Below are positions 17,810 through 27,567 of a stretch of 64,000 bases of DNA, in pieces. How positions within the stretch are numbered: position 1 is the stretch's first letter; each line of letters opens with the position of its first letter. This stretch comes from Patescibacteria group bacterium (lineage in GTDB: Bacteria > Patescibacteriota > Saccharimonadia > Saccharimonadales > 2-12-FULL-41-12): assembly GCA_038064875.1 (NCBI GenBank), contig JBBTSC010000001.1, positions 315,004 to 379,003 on the forward strand. Reading direction: 5' to 3'. A model generated the notes under the pieces. That model was not told the DNA's origin. It saw only the letters and a list, made by a program, of their open reading frames with translations, and did not search any database. A program made the translations under genes and the position numbers.

Positions 17810-18884
17810 CAGTCACCGGTTTGTCTATTAAGAGTGGCTCCACGCCAGGATTTGAGTCTGCTATTTTGACTACATCTTTGTCTATTTTTTTCAGCTCTTT
17901 GTGAGCGTTGTTATAGTGATTTACTGTGGTACCCAGGCTACCGCCGAGCTTCGCCATGAGCTGGTCATAAGCAGAGATGTGCTTACCAAGCTGACCTACA
18001 CGTACCTGAATATCTTTGGCTTGTTCTTCTATCTGAAGGCTACGAAGGCCCTGCAAAACCGTCTGCAAATACGCCATGAAGCTAGTTGGGCTGACAATAA
18101 TAACCTTCTTCTCCACAAAAGCATATTCCATCAAATCTCTTGCATTAGCTCCGCTAACTCCAACTTTATTGATCAGCAAATCATAATAAATCGCCTCGCT
18201 AGGTATGAACATAAAAGCAAAGTCCATCGTGTTCTCGCTTGGTCGAATATATTTGGCAGTCTCATCAATCCGAAGTTTTAGATCCTTTTTGAATTCACTA
18301 ACAAATTGTTCTTTTTTAGTTTTGTCTTTTTCCTCAATCAATCGATTGTAATTCTCGAGAGAGAACTTTGAGTCTATCGGCAAAACTTTACTTTTTTCCA
18401 AGAAAATTACTGCATCAACTATCTCACCATTTTTGAATTTGTACTGTGACTGCCAACGATCTGGAGGCAAGACATTCTCTAGCACCTGGCTCAAATAGTA
18501 TTCACCCAAAACGCCTCTTTGCTTTGGATTAGACAAGACATTTTGGAGCGTTTTTAGCTCAGTGGCAACATCTTTAACTTCTCGGTTAGTCTCATCAAGT
18601 TTGGTTAGCCTGGTTGAAACTTCGGCTATAATTTTGGCGCTTTGTTCGAATTGTTTTTGTATAGAGCTATTAAGAGTAGCCTGATTCTTACTAAGTTTTT
18701 CGTTAATATTCTCATGCAAACTAGACTTCAGGTCTACTACACCTTTTTGCAGATTATCTAGATCAGTCTTTAGCAGTTGCGCCACATCATTTTGCGGTTG
18801 GCTCTTTTTAAAAGCAACCAACCATATGAGCACCAATACAAGTGCTATCAGCACAACCAGTAAAGCAATAAATACCCCGTTCAT
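17802..18884 (-). CDS. rmuC: DNA recombination protein RmuC
   Basis: N-terminal TM helix, a long coiled coil, and a C-terminal RmuC nuclease-like region (DFAFMFIPSEAIY...SPTSFMAYLQ). Confidence 0.8.
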   Translation of the reverse strand: MNGVFIALLVVLIALVLVLIWLVAFKKSQPQNDVAQLLKTDLDNLQKGVVDLKSSLHENINEKLSKNQATLNSSIQKQFEQSAKIIAEVSTRLTKLDETNREVKDVATELKTLQNVLSNPKQRGVLGEYYLSQVLENVLPPDRWQSQYKFKNGEIVDAVIFLEKSKVLPIDSKFSLENYNRLIEEKDKTKKEQFVSEFKKDLKLRIDETAKYIRPSENTMDFAFMFIPSEAIYYDLLINKVGVSGANARDLMEYAFVEKKVIIVSPTSFMAYLQTVLQGLRSLQIEEQAKDIQVRVGQLGKHISAYDQLMAKLGGSLGTTVNHYNNAHKELKKIDKDVVKIADSNPGVEPLLIDKPVTDD

Positions 18885-18907
18885 ACCTTTAACTATAGCA
18901 TTTTAGT

Positions 18908-19687
18908 CTACTCAGTAACAGAGTGAGCAATATGTATAACAATAGCGGTGATGACTATGCCGAGCATGAGCATCCCTGTGTTTTTAGCAAAACCAAAGTG
19001 TTTAGAGCTAGTCTTCTCTTCATGATGTATAGATGGGATAATGTCGCTCATCGCTAGGTAAAGCAAAAATCCTGCGCTAAGTCCAAGCAACCAGCCTTCA
19101 GGGATCGCATCATCACTGCCAAGTACATAGACGATAACTGCCGTAATAAGTGTAGTCAATGAACAAAGCACATTTATCACAATAATTTTTGACTTGGAAA
19201 GTCCACTCTTAAACATAATCCCAAAATCACCAATTTCTTGAGGTATCTCATGTAGCGCTACAACGATAGCTGTAACAATACCAGTAGGCACGCTGATCAA
19301 AAAAGCAGCTGCAATCGCTACTCCGTCCAAGGCGTTATGCACGGCATCACCAAAAATCAACATGTTTATAGGGACCGCGTTTTTTTGTTTCTCAGATTCA
19401 TCCTCAATATGGTGATGATGAAACCAGCGAATATAGTGTTCAATAAAGAAAAATACGACTATTCCAACCAGGACTGCACTCATCAAATCTTTTGTGACAA
19501 TCTTTTCTGAACCTTCAACTAACAAGTCGAGGAAAACTGCAGCCAGCAAGCTACCGGCCGCAAACGGTGTTGCGTAGTGGGTCAAAAATCTTTGTGTAAA
19601 TCTATTGTTGAGCAATAATATTCCGCCAACAAGCGAGAACAAACCACCTACTAGAGAAAAGAATATTACATATGATAACTCGTTCAT
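18908..19687 (-). CDS. ZIP-family divalent metal (zinc) transporter
   Basis: HEIPQEIGDFGI motif, a His-rich loop (WFHHHHIED), and 7-8 TM helices. Confidence 0.85.
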   Translation of the reverse strand: MNELSYVIFFSLVGGLFSLVGGILLLNNRFTQRFLTHYATPFAAGSLLAAVFLDLLVEGSEKIVTKDLMSAVLVGIVVFFFIEHYIRWFHHHHIEDESEKQKNAVPINMLIFGDAVHNALDGVAIAAAFLISVPTGIVTAIVVALHEIPQEIGDFGIMFKSGLSKSKIIVINVLCSLTTLITAVIVYVLGSDDAIPEGWLLGLSAGFLLYLAMSDIIPSIHHEEKTSSKHFGFAKNTGMLMLGIVITAIVIHIAHSVTE

Positions 19688-19727
19688 GTACGTAATTATA
19701 CTGATAGCATACTATTTTGCAAATTTG

Positions 19728-19752
19728 TCGCAATTTGTTAGAATTATTGCAA
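19728..19752. promoter_or_regulatory. candidate Zur/Fur operator (inverted repeat tCGCAAT-N11-ATTGCaa)
   Basis: tcgcaat (19728-19734) and attgcaa (19746-19752) form an inverted repeat in the 66-bp divergent ZIP/zur region. It abuts the zur ATG. Confidence 0.3.
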
Positions 19753-19753
19753 C

Positions 19754-20173
19754 ATGCATAGCAGTTCGAGCCTTGTCCAAATTCTAAAGAAAAATAAGCT
19801 TAGTCTAACTAAGCCACGTGAATCTGTGTTTAAATTCTTGGCAACTAACCAAAAGCCCCTAACTATCAAAGAGATTGCCCTTGGGATTCAGAATGTTGAT
19901 CGTGCGAGTGTCTATAGGACTGTCGAGTTATTTGAGAACTTAGGGATTATCAAAAAGGTTCATGTGGGATTCAAATACAAAGTTGAGCTCAGTGATATAT
20001 TTCAGCCACACCACCACCACATCTACTGCACCCAGTGTGGCCAGACATTTGCCTTTGAGGAACCTGAGTTTTTTGAAAAGTATATCGAGAGATTGGGCCA
20101 AAAATTTGAAGTTGAGATCAAAGATCACAGCTTTGAACTTGAAGGAATCTGCAAATCCTGCAAAAACAACTAG
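19754..20173 (+). CDS. zur: Fur-family metalloregulator (Zur-like)
   Basis: Winged-helix N-terminus (LTKPRESVFKFL), HHHHIYCTQCG and C-terminal CKSC metal sites. Divergent from the ZIP transporter. Confidence 0.8.
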   Translation: MHSSSSLVQILKKNKLSLTKPRESVFKFLATNQKPLTIKEIALGIQNVDRASVYRTVELFENLGIIKKVHVGFKYKVELSDIFQPHHHHIYCTQCGQTFAFEEPEFFEKYIERLGQKFEVEIKDHSFELEGICKSCKNN

Positions 20174-22002
20174 TTGTTTTTGGCGCGTTTTCGCTTATTA
20201 TGATCGAGTTCTTTTTTACGAAGACGAAGATTTTTTGGAGTAACTTCAAGTAATTCGTCATTCTCCAAAAAATCCAAACACTCTTCTAGGCTAAAAATTA
20301 CAGGGGGAGTCAGCTGGACAACACCGTCACTACTGCTACTTCGCATATTTGTCAGCTGTTTTGCGCGACAAGCATTTATTTCCATATCTTCCTGTCGAGT
20401 GTTAAGCCCGATAACCTGGCCTGCGTAGACCTTCACCCCTGCTTCAACGAAGCAAGTTCCTCGTGCTTCAACATTCTGCAAGGCATAAGGTGTAGTGACC
20501 CCGGCTTCATGTGCAATCAAAACTCCACTTCTAAGTTGTTGCAGAGGAGATCCAACAGGCTGATACCCAGCGCTTAGGCTATGCATGATAATCGTGCCTT
20601 TAGTATTGGTTAGGAGTAGACCTTTTGCCCCAAGGAGTGCTCTTGTCGGTATCTCATAGATTAGCTTAGTAACACCGCTTGGGTTGGCAAACTGTTCTTT
20701 TAGAGTGGCCCTTCTTGAGCCAAATTCCATCTGAACAGTACCGACGTGTTCTGCAGGTACCTCAATAATTACTTCCTCAACTGGCTCTTGGGTTTGCCCA
20801 TCTTTTTCAATAGTAACAACTTGTGGACGTCCAACCTCAAATTCATAACCTTCACGTCGCATCGTTTCAATTAGAACACTCAGATGCAACTCACCACGTC
20901 CGGATACTAAAAAGCCAATTCCCTCTTCTTCAACTCTAAGTCCTACATTTATTTCAAGCTCTTTATCTAAACGATCTTTTATCTGACGAGAAGTATTAAA
21001 TTCACCTTCTGTTCCTTTAAGCGGGCTAGTATTTGGACCGAGATATATCTTGAGCGTTGGTGCCTCTACTTCAATTACAGGTAAAGCCTCTGGGTTATCG
21101 ATGTCGGCTATAGTCTCGCCAATCTGTGCATCTGCTATTCCTGTCAACAGCACAATATCTCCCGCTACACCTTCTTTTACTTCAAATTTACCAACTCCGT
21201 GGCTCATGAATACTAAGTCAACTTTTGATTTTGCTATGTTACCATCTTTTTTACAAAGTGAAACCTGGGTTCCAGCAGTGACTTTACCCCTGGTTATTCG
21301 ACCTATTGAGTATTTACCCTTGAAGTTATCCCATGAAAGAGCAGTTACCAACATCTGGAAAGGCTTGTCTAGCTCAACCTCAGGTGCTGGTACCTTACTA
21401 ACAATAGCGTCAAAGATGCATTCTAGATCGCCGTCTTTTGATGGATCTTCTGGCAATTCATCCCATGCCTTACCGTCTCTGCCTATAGCATAGTATATTG
21501 GGTAGTGTAGCTGATCTTCGTGAACAGCCAACTCTAGGAACAGATCGGCGAGTTCATCCTCAACCTCTTTGACTCTAGATCCTGGCTTGTCGATCTTGTT
21601 GATAACAACGATTGGCTTTAGCTCTGAAGCAAGTGCTTTGCCAAGAACAAATTTTGTCTGAGGCATTGGGCCTTCCTGCGCATCGACAATCAGCAGACAG
21701 CCATCAGCAAGATTGAGAGTTCGCTCAACTTCACCACTAAAGTCCGCATGCCCAGGAGTATCGATAATATTAATTCTATGATCACCGTGTTGCACAGCAG
21801 TTACTTTAGCTGTGATCGTGATTCCGCGTTCTTTTTCCTGATCTCCGCTGTCCATGATCAAATCTTGGCTCATCTCAGCTTGATTATCTCGAAATGTCTG
21901 GCTCTGTTTTAGCAAGCCATCAACAAGCGTGGTTTTTCCATGGTCAACATGGGCAATAACGGCAATATTACGGATCTTTGCAGGATCCTGGGTGGCTAAC
22001 AT
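20170..22002 (-). CDS. typA: translational GTPase TypA/BipA
   Basis: [17 protein letters not shown] and NKID G motifs. 610 aa with EF-G-like domain order. Confidence 0.93.
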   Translation of the reverse strand: MLATQDPAKIRNIAVIAHVDHGKTTLVDGLLKQSQTFRDNQAEMSQDLIMDSGDQEKERGITITAKVTAVQHGDHRINIIDTPGHADFSGEVERTLNLADGCLLIVDAQEGPMPQTKFVLGKALASELKPIVVINKIDKPGSRVKEVEDELADLFLELAVHEDQLHYPIYYAIGRDGKAWDELPEDPSKDGDLECIFDAIVSKVPAPEVELDKPFQMLVTALSWDNFKGKYSIGRITRGKVTAGTQVSLCKKDGNIAKSKVDLVFMSHGVGKFEVKEGVAGDIVLLTGIADAQIGETIADIDNPEALPVIEVEAPTLKIYLGPNTSPLKGTEGEFNTSRQIKDRLDKELEINVGLRVEEEGIGFLVSGRGELHLSVLIETMRREGYEFEVGRPQVVTIEKDGQTQEPVEEVIIEVPAEHVGTVQMEFGSRRATLKEQFANPSGVTKLIYEIPTRALLGAKGLLLTNTKGTIIMHSLSAGYQPVGSPLQQLRSGVLIAHEAGVTTPYALQNVEARGTCFVEAGVKVYAGQVIGLNTRQEDMEINACRAKQLTNMRSSSSDGVVQLTPPVIFSLEECLDFLENDELLEVTPKNLRLRKKELDHNKRKRAKNN

Positions 22003-22085
22003 ACTATTTCCTTTAGTTTATTACGTAAATCTATACATAATTTTAACACGTAAACGCTTATTTTTCAACCTGATAAATCTGCTTC

Positions 22086-22937
22086 TTACAGTTCTGATTC
22101 AGCCTGTTCAATCACCGCTAAGAGAGTTTCACGAGCCTGTTTTATTGTTGCCTGAAATGTATCATTGTTGGCTTTTACAGCACTTTTGCGTTTTTCTACA
22201 AGTGCCTTTATCTCTGCACTCTTGTCAGTTGGTTTTGATTCCTTGATACCTGCTTTTATAGATTCTATTTGTGATTTTAGGTTTTGCTTGATCTTGTTGA
22301 TATCGCCACCGGCAGAACATTCTGCTTTTGCCTGAGAGACTGCTTGATCAAATTTTCCTCTGCTCTGTTCGTCTATGCTCTGATTGTCAGTTCTATAGCT
22401 AGCCAGAAGGGCTTCCATCCCAGCCTGAAATTCTGCAAACGCCTTGTCATTGGCTTCCCTACGTACCTGAATTGCACTCTTTATAGAAGTTATGTATTCC
22501 TCTATAGCTACTTTCTGGTCGTCTGTGCTGGCTCTAGCGCGGAGTTTGTCAAAGCTCTCTTCACGCTTTTTATCCCACTCAGACCGTTTCTTGGCGAGTT
22601 CCTTTTGCCGTTGTTCGGATTTCTTTGTTCGCTCTTCTGCGGTTGATTTCTTTTTGTCAGTGATGGTCGAACTTTTTTTACTCACACCAGTTCGAACTTT
22701 GCCTGCTATCTGGTCGATCGCTGAACATGTTTTTTCACGAGCTTGCTTTGCCTTCTCTTCCTTTTGCTGAGCTATCTTGGCAGATTTTTCAGCTTCTGCT
22801 TTCTTCTGTGCTTCTAATTTCTGAGCTTTTTGTTCATCAGTATATGTCTGTGAACTGCCGTCACCCACGGCAAAAACTGGAACGCTAATAAATACAACTG
22901 CGAAAAGTGATACAACTAGGCTAAAAATCAGCTTCAT
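22086..22937 (-). CDS. secreted Lys/Glu-rich coiled-coil protein, hypothetical
   Basis: Start placed at MKLIFSLVVSLFAVVFISVPVFA (signal peptide), preceded by SD GGAGGG. The rest is highly charged and helical. Confidence 0.5.
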   Translation of the reverse strand: MKLIFSLVVSLFAVVFISVPVFAVGDGSSQTYTDEQKAQKLEAQKKAEAEKSAKIAQQKEEKAKQAREKTCSAIDQIAGKVRTGVSKKSSTITDKKKSTAEERTKKSEQRQKELAKKRSEWDKKREESFDKLRARASTDDQKVAIEEYITSIKSAIQVRREANDKAFAEFQAGMEALLASYRTDNQSIDEQSRGKFDQAVSQAKAECSAGGDINKIKQNLKSQIESIKAGIKESKPTDKSAEIKALVEKRKSAVKANNDTFQATIKQARETLLAVIEQAESEL

Positions 22938-23220
22938 ATGCACCCTCCAAATCACTTGATATTTTTATTTCATCTGCCACTAAGCTCGCATCTTTATTTG
23001 CCAAATCGTCTTCAATCTTGAGCTCTTCTTCAAGTCCTTTATTAGTGATACCTTCTATCCCCTTGGCGTTTGATGCCTGAGACTGGTTGTTATTGAAAGT
23101 GACTTTTTGGTTTTGCCTAACAACGAAAATTGTTAGACCAATAAGAATAAGGAGTATCAGGGAGAGCAATGTGGTCTCAACCACTGCGAATCCTTTTTGA
23201 TTTTTCATAATATTTTTCAT
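22921..23220 (-). CDS. type IV pilin-like (prepilin N-terminal motif) small protein
   Basis: KGFAVVETTLLSLILLILIGL matches the G/F-x-x-x-E prepilin cleavage and hydrophobic helix pattern. 99 aa. Overlaps the next gene by 17 nt. Confidence 0.55.
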   Translation of the reverse strand: MKNIMKNQKGFAVVETTLLSLILLILIGLTIFVVRQNQKVTFNNNQSQASNAKGIEGITNKGLEEELKIEDDLANKDASLVADEIKISSDLEGAYEADF

Positions 23221-23303
23221 GTTGTTTTTATTTCTCTTTAAATGCGCTTATGATTATAGCAATAATTTTTATATCTTACAACGCCCCACAGCGAAAGTAA
23301 CGA

Positions 23304-24236
23304 CTAAATCCACCTTTTATACTTAAATACAGAGATGAAACTAATCATAGAGGCTAGAATCAAACCTAGAACAAACCAAAAGTTAGCAGGATCACCTTCG
23401 TTATTAAAAGGAAGTTCTACATTCATACCAAAAAGCCCGCCAATTATAGTTGGGATTGTTAAGAATATAGCTATTGAAGTCAGTCGACGGAAAGTTCGGT
23501 TCAAGTTGTTGGTTGCTATGACATCATACGCTTGCCGAATGTTAGCGACTGTCCTAACACGTGATTTTGATAGCTCAATTAACTCACTTGTGCCAAGCAT
23601 AATATCTTCTACCATGTCACGATCATCATCATAGAGTCGCATATACTTGCCACTTTCAAGCGCAGTTAGAACAAGCGCCTGCGGTTGCAAGGCTGCCAAA
23701 AATTCGTTTAGGTCTTCTTCTATCTCGATAAATCTCACTATCTGATCACTTGTTATCTCTGCAAGTCGTAGTTCAGATCTAAATTTAAGAATCTGTTTAG
23801 AGACCAAGTTCAGTTGAACGCGATACGATCTATTGATTTCCTCTAGTATGTGCAGGAAAGTCTTGGTTTTTTGGGTTGTCAGTATGTCCACAGAGCCATT
23901 AATTAGATTGTCCAGCACTTTATCTTGCGTACGCATGATAGTCACAATATTGCTGTCTGTATAGACGACCAAAAGTGGCTCAGTAGAAGTGTTATCACCG
24001 TCTGGGTGACAGTACCTGGTAAATACATAGGTGGCTTTGTCATCAGTCTCTACACGTGGCGCTTCATAGATATCAGTAGCATCTGTCAGAATGTCTTGAT
24101 CAAGTCCAAAAACTTCGACTAAATATTCAACATCTGACTTTGTCGGATTCACTACGTGACACCAACTACCAGCTTTGTGGGCATCAAGAATCTGCAATTT
24201 CCTTGAGCGAACAGTACTGAAATAATGAGTGATCAT
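23304..24236 (-). CDS. corA: CorA-family magnesium/cobalt transporter
   Basis: GMN motif (GGLFGMNVELPF) between two C-terminal TM helices. 310 aa. Confidence 0.85.
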   Translation of the reverse strand: MITHYFSTVRSRKLQILDAHKAGSWCHVVNPTKSDVEYLVEVFGLDQDILTDATDIYEAPRVETDDKATYVFTRYCHPDGDNTSTEPLLVVYTDSNIVTIMRTQDKVLDNLINGSVDILTTQKTKTFLHILEEINRSYRVQLNLVSKQILKFRSELRLAEITSDQIVRFIEIEEDLNEFLAALQPQALVLTALESGKYMRLYDDDRDMVEDIMLGTSELIELSKSRVRTVANIRQAYDVIATNNLNRTFRRLTSIAIFLTIPTIIGGLFGMNVELPFNNEGDPANFWFVLGLILASMISFISVFKYKRWI

Positions 24237-24279
24237 GTTACGTATTGTAGCGTAATGATTTAGCTTACGCTAGTTATTG

Positions 24280-25038
24280 CTATTTATTATTGATGAGTTC
24301 GTTTTTTAGCAAGAATCTTTTTATGTCTCGTCTGATCGGCGCTAGCCATCTAAATCCTCTGAGTAGTGCTGGGATTATCAACAAGTGTTCTAAGCTCCAA
24401 TAAATCTTGAGCTCAACCTCGTTTTCATCTTTCTCTAGCATATTAGCCAAGTTTATAGAATTTCGTGCTTCGACAAATTTATCAAATCGCCCATGTAATA
24501 GCAACACAGGAACACCAGCGTTTTTGGTATGACTAATTGGTAGCCATTTGCGAAGTTTGTCCTTGACGTCAAATATTGGACGGAGTTTTGGGTGAGGGTA
24601 GAAATCATATGGCCCAGCTAGACCAATAAATCCTTTTATGTTAGATTTTTTAACCCTGGCTTTGCCGATATACGACTTTTCAAGTGTCAACATCGCAGCG
24701 ATATATGCTCCAGCTGAGTGACCTGACAGCACAATATTTGTAGTCTCAACTCCATAATCTTTTATATTCTCTTGAACCCATTTCACTGCCTTAGCCCCAT
24801 CCTCTAGTATGTAGTTCCACCTAGATTCAGGGAACAGTCGATAATTCGGCAACACTACAGCTATGCCTAATTTAGTCAGTGATTTTGCGTATGTTTTGTA
24901 TGTTGCCTTGTCGCCAGATAGCCATGAACCACCGTGCCAAAAAATAATTGTAGATTTTGGATCCTTCCCAGGCAAATAGACATCTAGCTTTTGCCTGTCT
25001 TTGGTCCCATAAGGAATATCTTTATAAACTCTCGTCAT
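24280..25038 (-). CDS. alpha/beta hydrolase (esterase/lipase-like)
   Basis: HGGSW oxyanion motif, GHSAGA nucleophile elbow, and a later LLLHG...D. Confidence 0.7.
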   Translation of the reverse strand: MTRVYKDIPYGTKDRQKLDVYLPGKDPKSTIIFWHGGSWLSGDKATYKTYAKSLTKLGIAVVLPNYRLFPESRWNYILEDGAKAVKWVQENIKDYGVETTNIVLSGHSAGAYIAAMLTLEKSYIGKARVKKSNIKGFIGLAGPYDFYPHPKLRPIFDVKDKLRKWLPISHTKNAGVPVLLLHGRFDKFVEARNSINLANMLEKDENEVELKIYWSLEHLLIIPALLRGFRWLAPIRRDIKRFLLKNELINNK

Positions 25039-25070
25039 CTATACATTATACCCGAGACAGAGATTTCGCT

Positions 25071-26312
25071 CTAGTGAGTTATGAACGTAAGGGCGTGGCC
25101 AGTTTTACCAGCACGACCTGCACGACCGATTCGGTGCACGTAGTCATCATATGACTGTGGCACTGAGTAGTTGATCACGTGTGTAATGTCTTTTACATCG
25201 ATACCACGAGCTGCAACATCAGTTGCAACCAAGATCTTTGATTCATTCTTTTTAAATCGTTGCAAGGCGCGTTGTCGCTGTCCTTGGCTTTTACCACCGT
25301 GGATGTTGTCAGCTCTAAAGCCTCTAGCCACTAGTTCTTTTGCAAGGCGTTCAACGTTTCGCTGTGTCTCGTCAAAGACGATTACTTTTTTAACTTGATC
25401 ATCACGCAAAATACTATGAAGTTTGTCCATCTTTTCAGATGTACCATTGTATTTAACAACATTTTGATTAACATTTTCACTAGCTTGAGCGTTTTTAAGC
25501 ATGATAGTTACTGGCTCATTGGAGAAAGTTTGGATTAGACTTCGTACTTTAGCGTCAAGCGTCGCAGAAAAGAAAAATGACTGTCTGTTCTCACCTAATT
25601 TATTTAAGATCGCACGTACATCGTTGATGAATCCCATATCGAGCATTCTATCAACCTCATCAAGAGCAACCATGTTAAATGATTCAAGTTTCAAAGTGCC
25701 ACGCTCTACGTGGTCACCAATTCGTCCTGGTGTTCCGATGACAATTCGTGGATTTCGCTTAAGATCACGTAGTTGGTAACTCATAGATGATCCACCGATT
25801 AGCACTGCACCGAAAAGTCCGGCATTTCGCCCAATCTTTTGACATTCTTGTTCTATTTGTTGGGCTAACTCACGAGTTGGAGCAACAATCAAAGCTCGGC
25901 TATTCCTATCAGCAATAAGTCGTGAAAGCATTGGGATAGCAAAGGCAGCTGTTTTACCAGTACCAGTGTCGGCAATGCCGATGATATCTTTGCCAGTTAT
26001 CGCAACCGCAATTGTCTGATCTTGAATAGGAGTTGGAATAATATATCCCCGCTCTTTGAGATTTTGTTTGATCTTTTCTGAAATTTTAAAATCAGCAAAT
26101 GTATGAGTTGGAACATATTCCTCCTCAGCAGTTACTGGCTTTGCGCTTTTTACAAAACGCGCTGGGTCGATATATTGACCTCGGCGCTTGTTACCACCAC
26201 TAGGTCGACGCGAGAAGTTGCGTCGTTGTGAGTTTGATCGAAATCCTCCGCCAGAGCCAGAACGGCTTGGACCGGAACGAAATCGATTGTTTGAATTAGT
26301 ATATGAAGGCAT
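25071..26312 (-). CDS. DEAD-box ATP-dependent RNA helicase (motif II = DEVD) with N-terminal RG/S-rich tail
   Basis: Q motif, AxTGTGKT (ADTGTGKTAAF), PTRELA, DEVDRMLDMGF, SAT, VATDVAARGIDV and HRIGRAGRAG. Confidence 0.9.
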   Translation of the reverse strand: MPSYTNSNNRFRSGPSRSGSGGGFRSNSQRRNFSRRPSGGNKRRGQYIDPARFVKSAKPVTAEEEYVPTHTFADFKISEKIKQNLKERGYIIPTPIQDQTIAVAITGKDIIGIADTGTGKTAAFAIPMLSRLIADRNSRALIVAPTRELAQQIEQECQKIGRNAGLFGAVLIGGSSMSYQLRDLKRNPRIVIGTPGRIGDHVERGTLKLESFNMVALDEVDRMLDMGFINDVRAILNKLGENRQSFFFSATLDAKVRSLIQTFSNEPVTIMLKNAQASENVNQNVVKYNGTSEKMDKLHSILRDDQVKKVIVFDETQRNVERLAKELVARGFRADNIHGGKSQGQRQRALQRFKKNESKILVATDVAARGIDVKDITHVINYSVPQSYDDYVHRIGRAGRAGKTGHALTFITH

Positions 26313-26425
26313 AAAAAAAGAATCCTTTTCTATTTATTTAATTTAGTTATACTTGGTTGTTGCTGACAATTCCAAAGTATGACTTTTTTAAGTAAATAGA
26401 GGATTCATCACGAACAATTACGTAT

Positions 26426-26454
26426 ATATTAGCATAATCACAATTCAGTGTCAA
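26426..26454 (-). promoter_or_regulatory. sigma-70 promoter (TTGACA-17 nt-TAATAT) for the helicase gene
   Basis: On the minus strand, TTGACA occupies 26454-26449, followed by a 17-nt spacer and TAATAT at 26431-26426. This implies a leader of roughly 105 nt. Confidence 0.5.
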
Positions 26455-26457
26455 CCT

Positions 26458-27567
26458 TTAACTCTTTATCTTCTCCCAAGGGAATTCGGGGCGTCCGAAG
26501 TGGCCGTAGGTGGCAGTTTGTAGGTAGATTGGATTTTTTAGATCAAGTGTTTCTACAATATTTTTGACTGATGGATTAAGTAATTTGACTGCAAAAGCAC
26601 GGATTTTGTCTGTCGGAACTTTGTTCGTACCAAATGTATCTATAGAGAATTGAACAGGCTCTTTAGCTCCAATAAAATATGACAGTCCTATTTCTACTTC
26701 ATCCGCCAAGCCTTTCGCAACGATGTTTTTGGCAATATATCTGGCACCGTAGGCAGCAGATCTGTCGACTTTGCTAGGGTCTTTGCCACTAAATGCTCCA
26801 CCACCAACCCTAGCCAGCCCACCATAACCGTCAACTGCTATTTTGCGCCCGGTCAGTCCTGCGTCACTTTTGGGGCCTGGGGTATGCCAGACACCTGTGC
26901 CATTAACCACCAGGCCATTTTTAGGTACCGCGAAACCATAGTTTGCCAACACCGGTGTAATTACGTGCTCCAACAAGTCTTCTTGAATCTTGGCCAGCGA
27001 CAACCTTGGGTCATGGGGCACGGCTATAGTCAGATGATCTACCTTGACTGGCTTGTTGTCTATGTATTTGATCACGACCTGAGCTTTTCCGTCTGGGCGC
27101 AGATGAGGCAAAACGCCCGACTCACGTGCTGTGTCTATTGAATGGGTTAAGTCATGAGCTATAGCTACGGGTGTTGGCAAATACTTTTCTGTCTCGTTAG
27201 TTGCGTAGCCATAGATTATACCTTGGTCTCCAGCTCCAAAGTCGTCTACACCAACAGATATTTCTGGAGATTGAGCGTGTAGATAATTATCTATTTCTGA
27301 ATCCACATGAAATCCCCAAGATTTATCTGTATATCCTAACCGCTGGATTTGCTCGCGCGCTATAGCTACGAAATCTACCTTTGCAGTTGTATTGACCTCT
27401 CCTGCTAGTACCACTCTGTCTCTGGCTACTAGGGTCTCCACGGCTGTGCGACCATTTGGATCTTGGTGTAGCACCTCATCGACTATCGCGTCACTGATTT
27501 GATCTGCTATCTTGTCTGGATGCCCTGCGCAGACAGATTCACTGGTCTTTTTTGTTATTGTTGGCAT
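26458..27567 (-). CDS. metK: S-adenosylmethionine synthetase
   Basis: GHPDKIADQISD, GAGDQGIIYGYA and GGGAFSGKDPSKVDRSAAY motifs. Confidence 0.94.
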   Translation of the reverse strand: MPTITKKTSESVCAGHPDKIADQISDAIVDEVLHQDPNGRTAVETLVARDRVVLAGEVNTTAKVDFVAIAREQIQRLGYTDKSWGFHVDSEIDNYLHAQSPEISVGVDDFGAGDQGIIYGYATNETEKYLPTPVAIAHDLTHSIDTARESGVLPHLRPDGKAQVVIKYIDNKPVKVDHLTIAVPHDPRLSLAKIQEDLLEHVITPVLANYGFAVPKNGLVVNGTGVWHTPGPKSDAGLTGRKIAVDGYGGLARVGGGAFSGKDPSKVDRSAAYGARYIAKNIVAKGLADEVEIGLSYFIGAKEPVQFSIDTFGTNKVPTDKIRAFAVKLLNPSVKNIVETLDLKNPIYLQTATYGHFGRPEFPWEKIKS

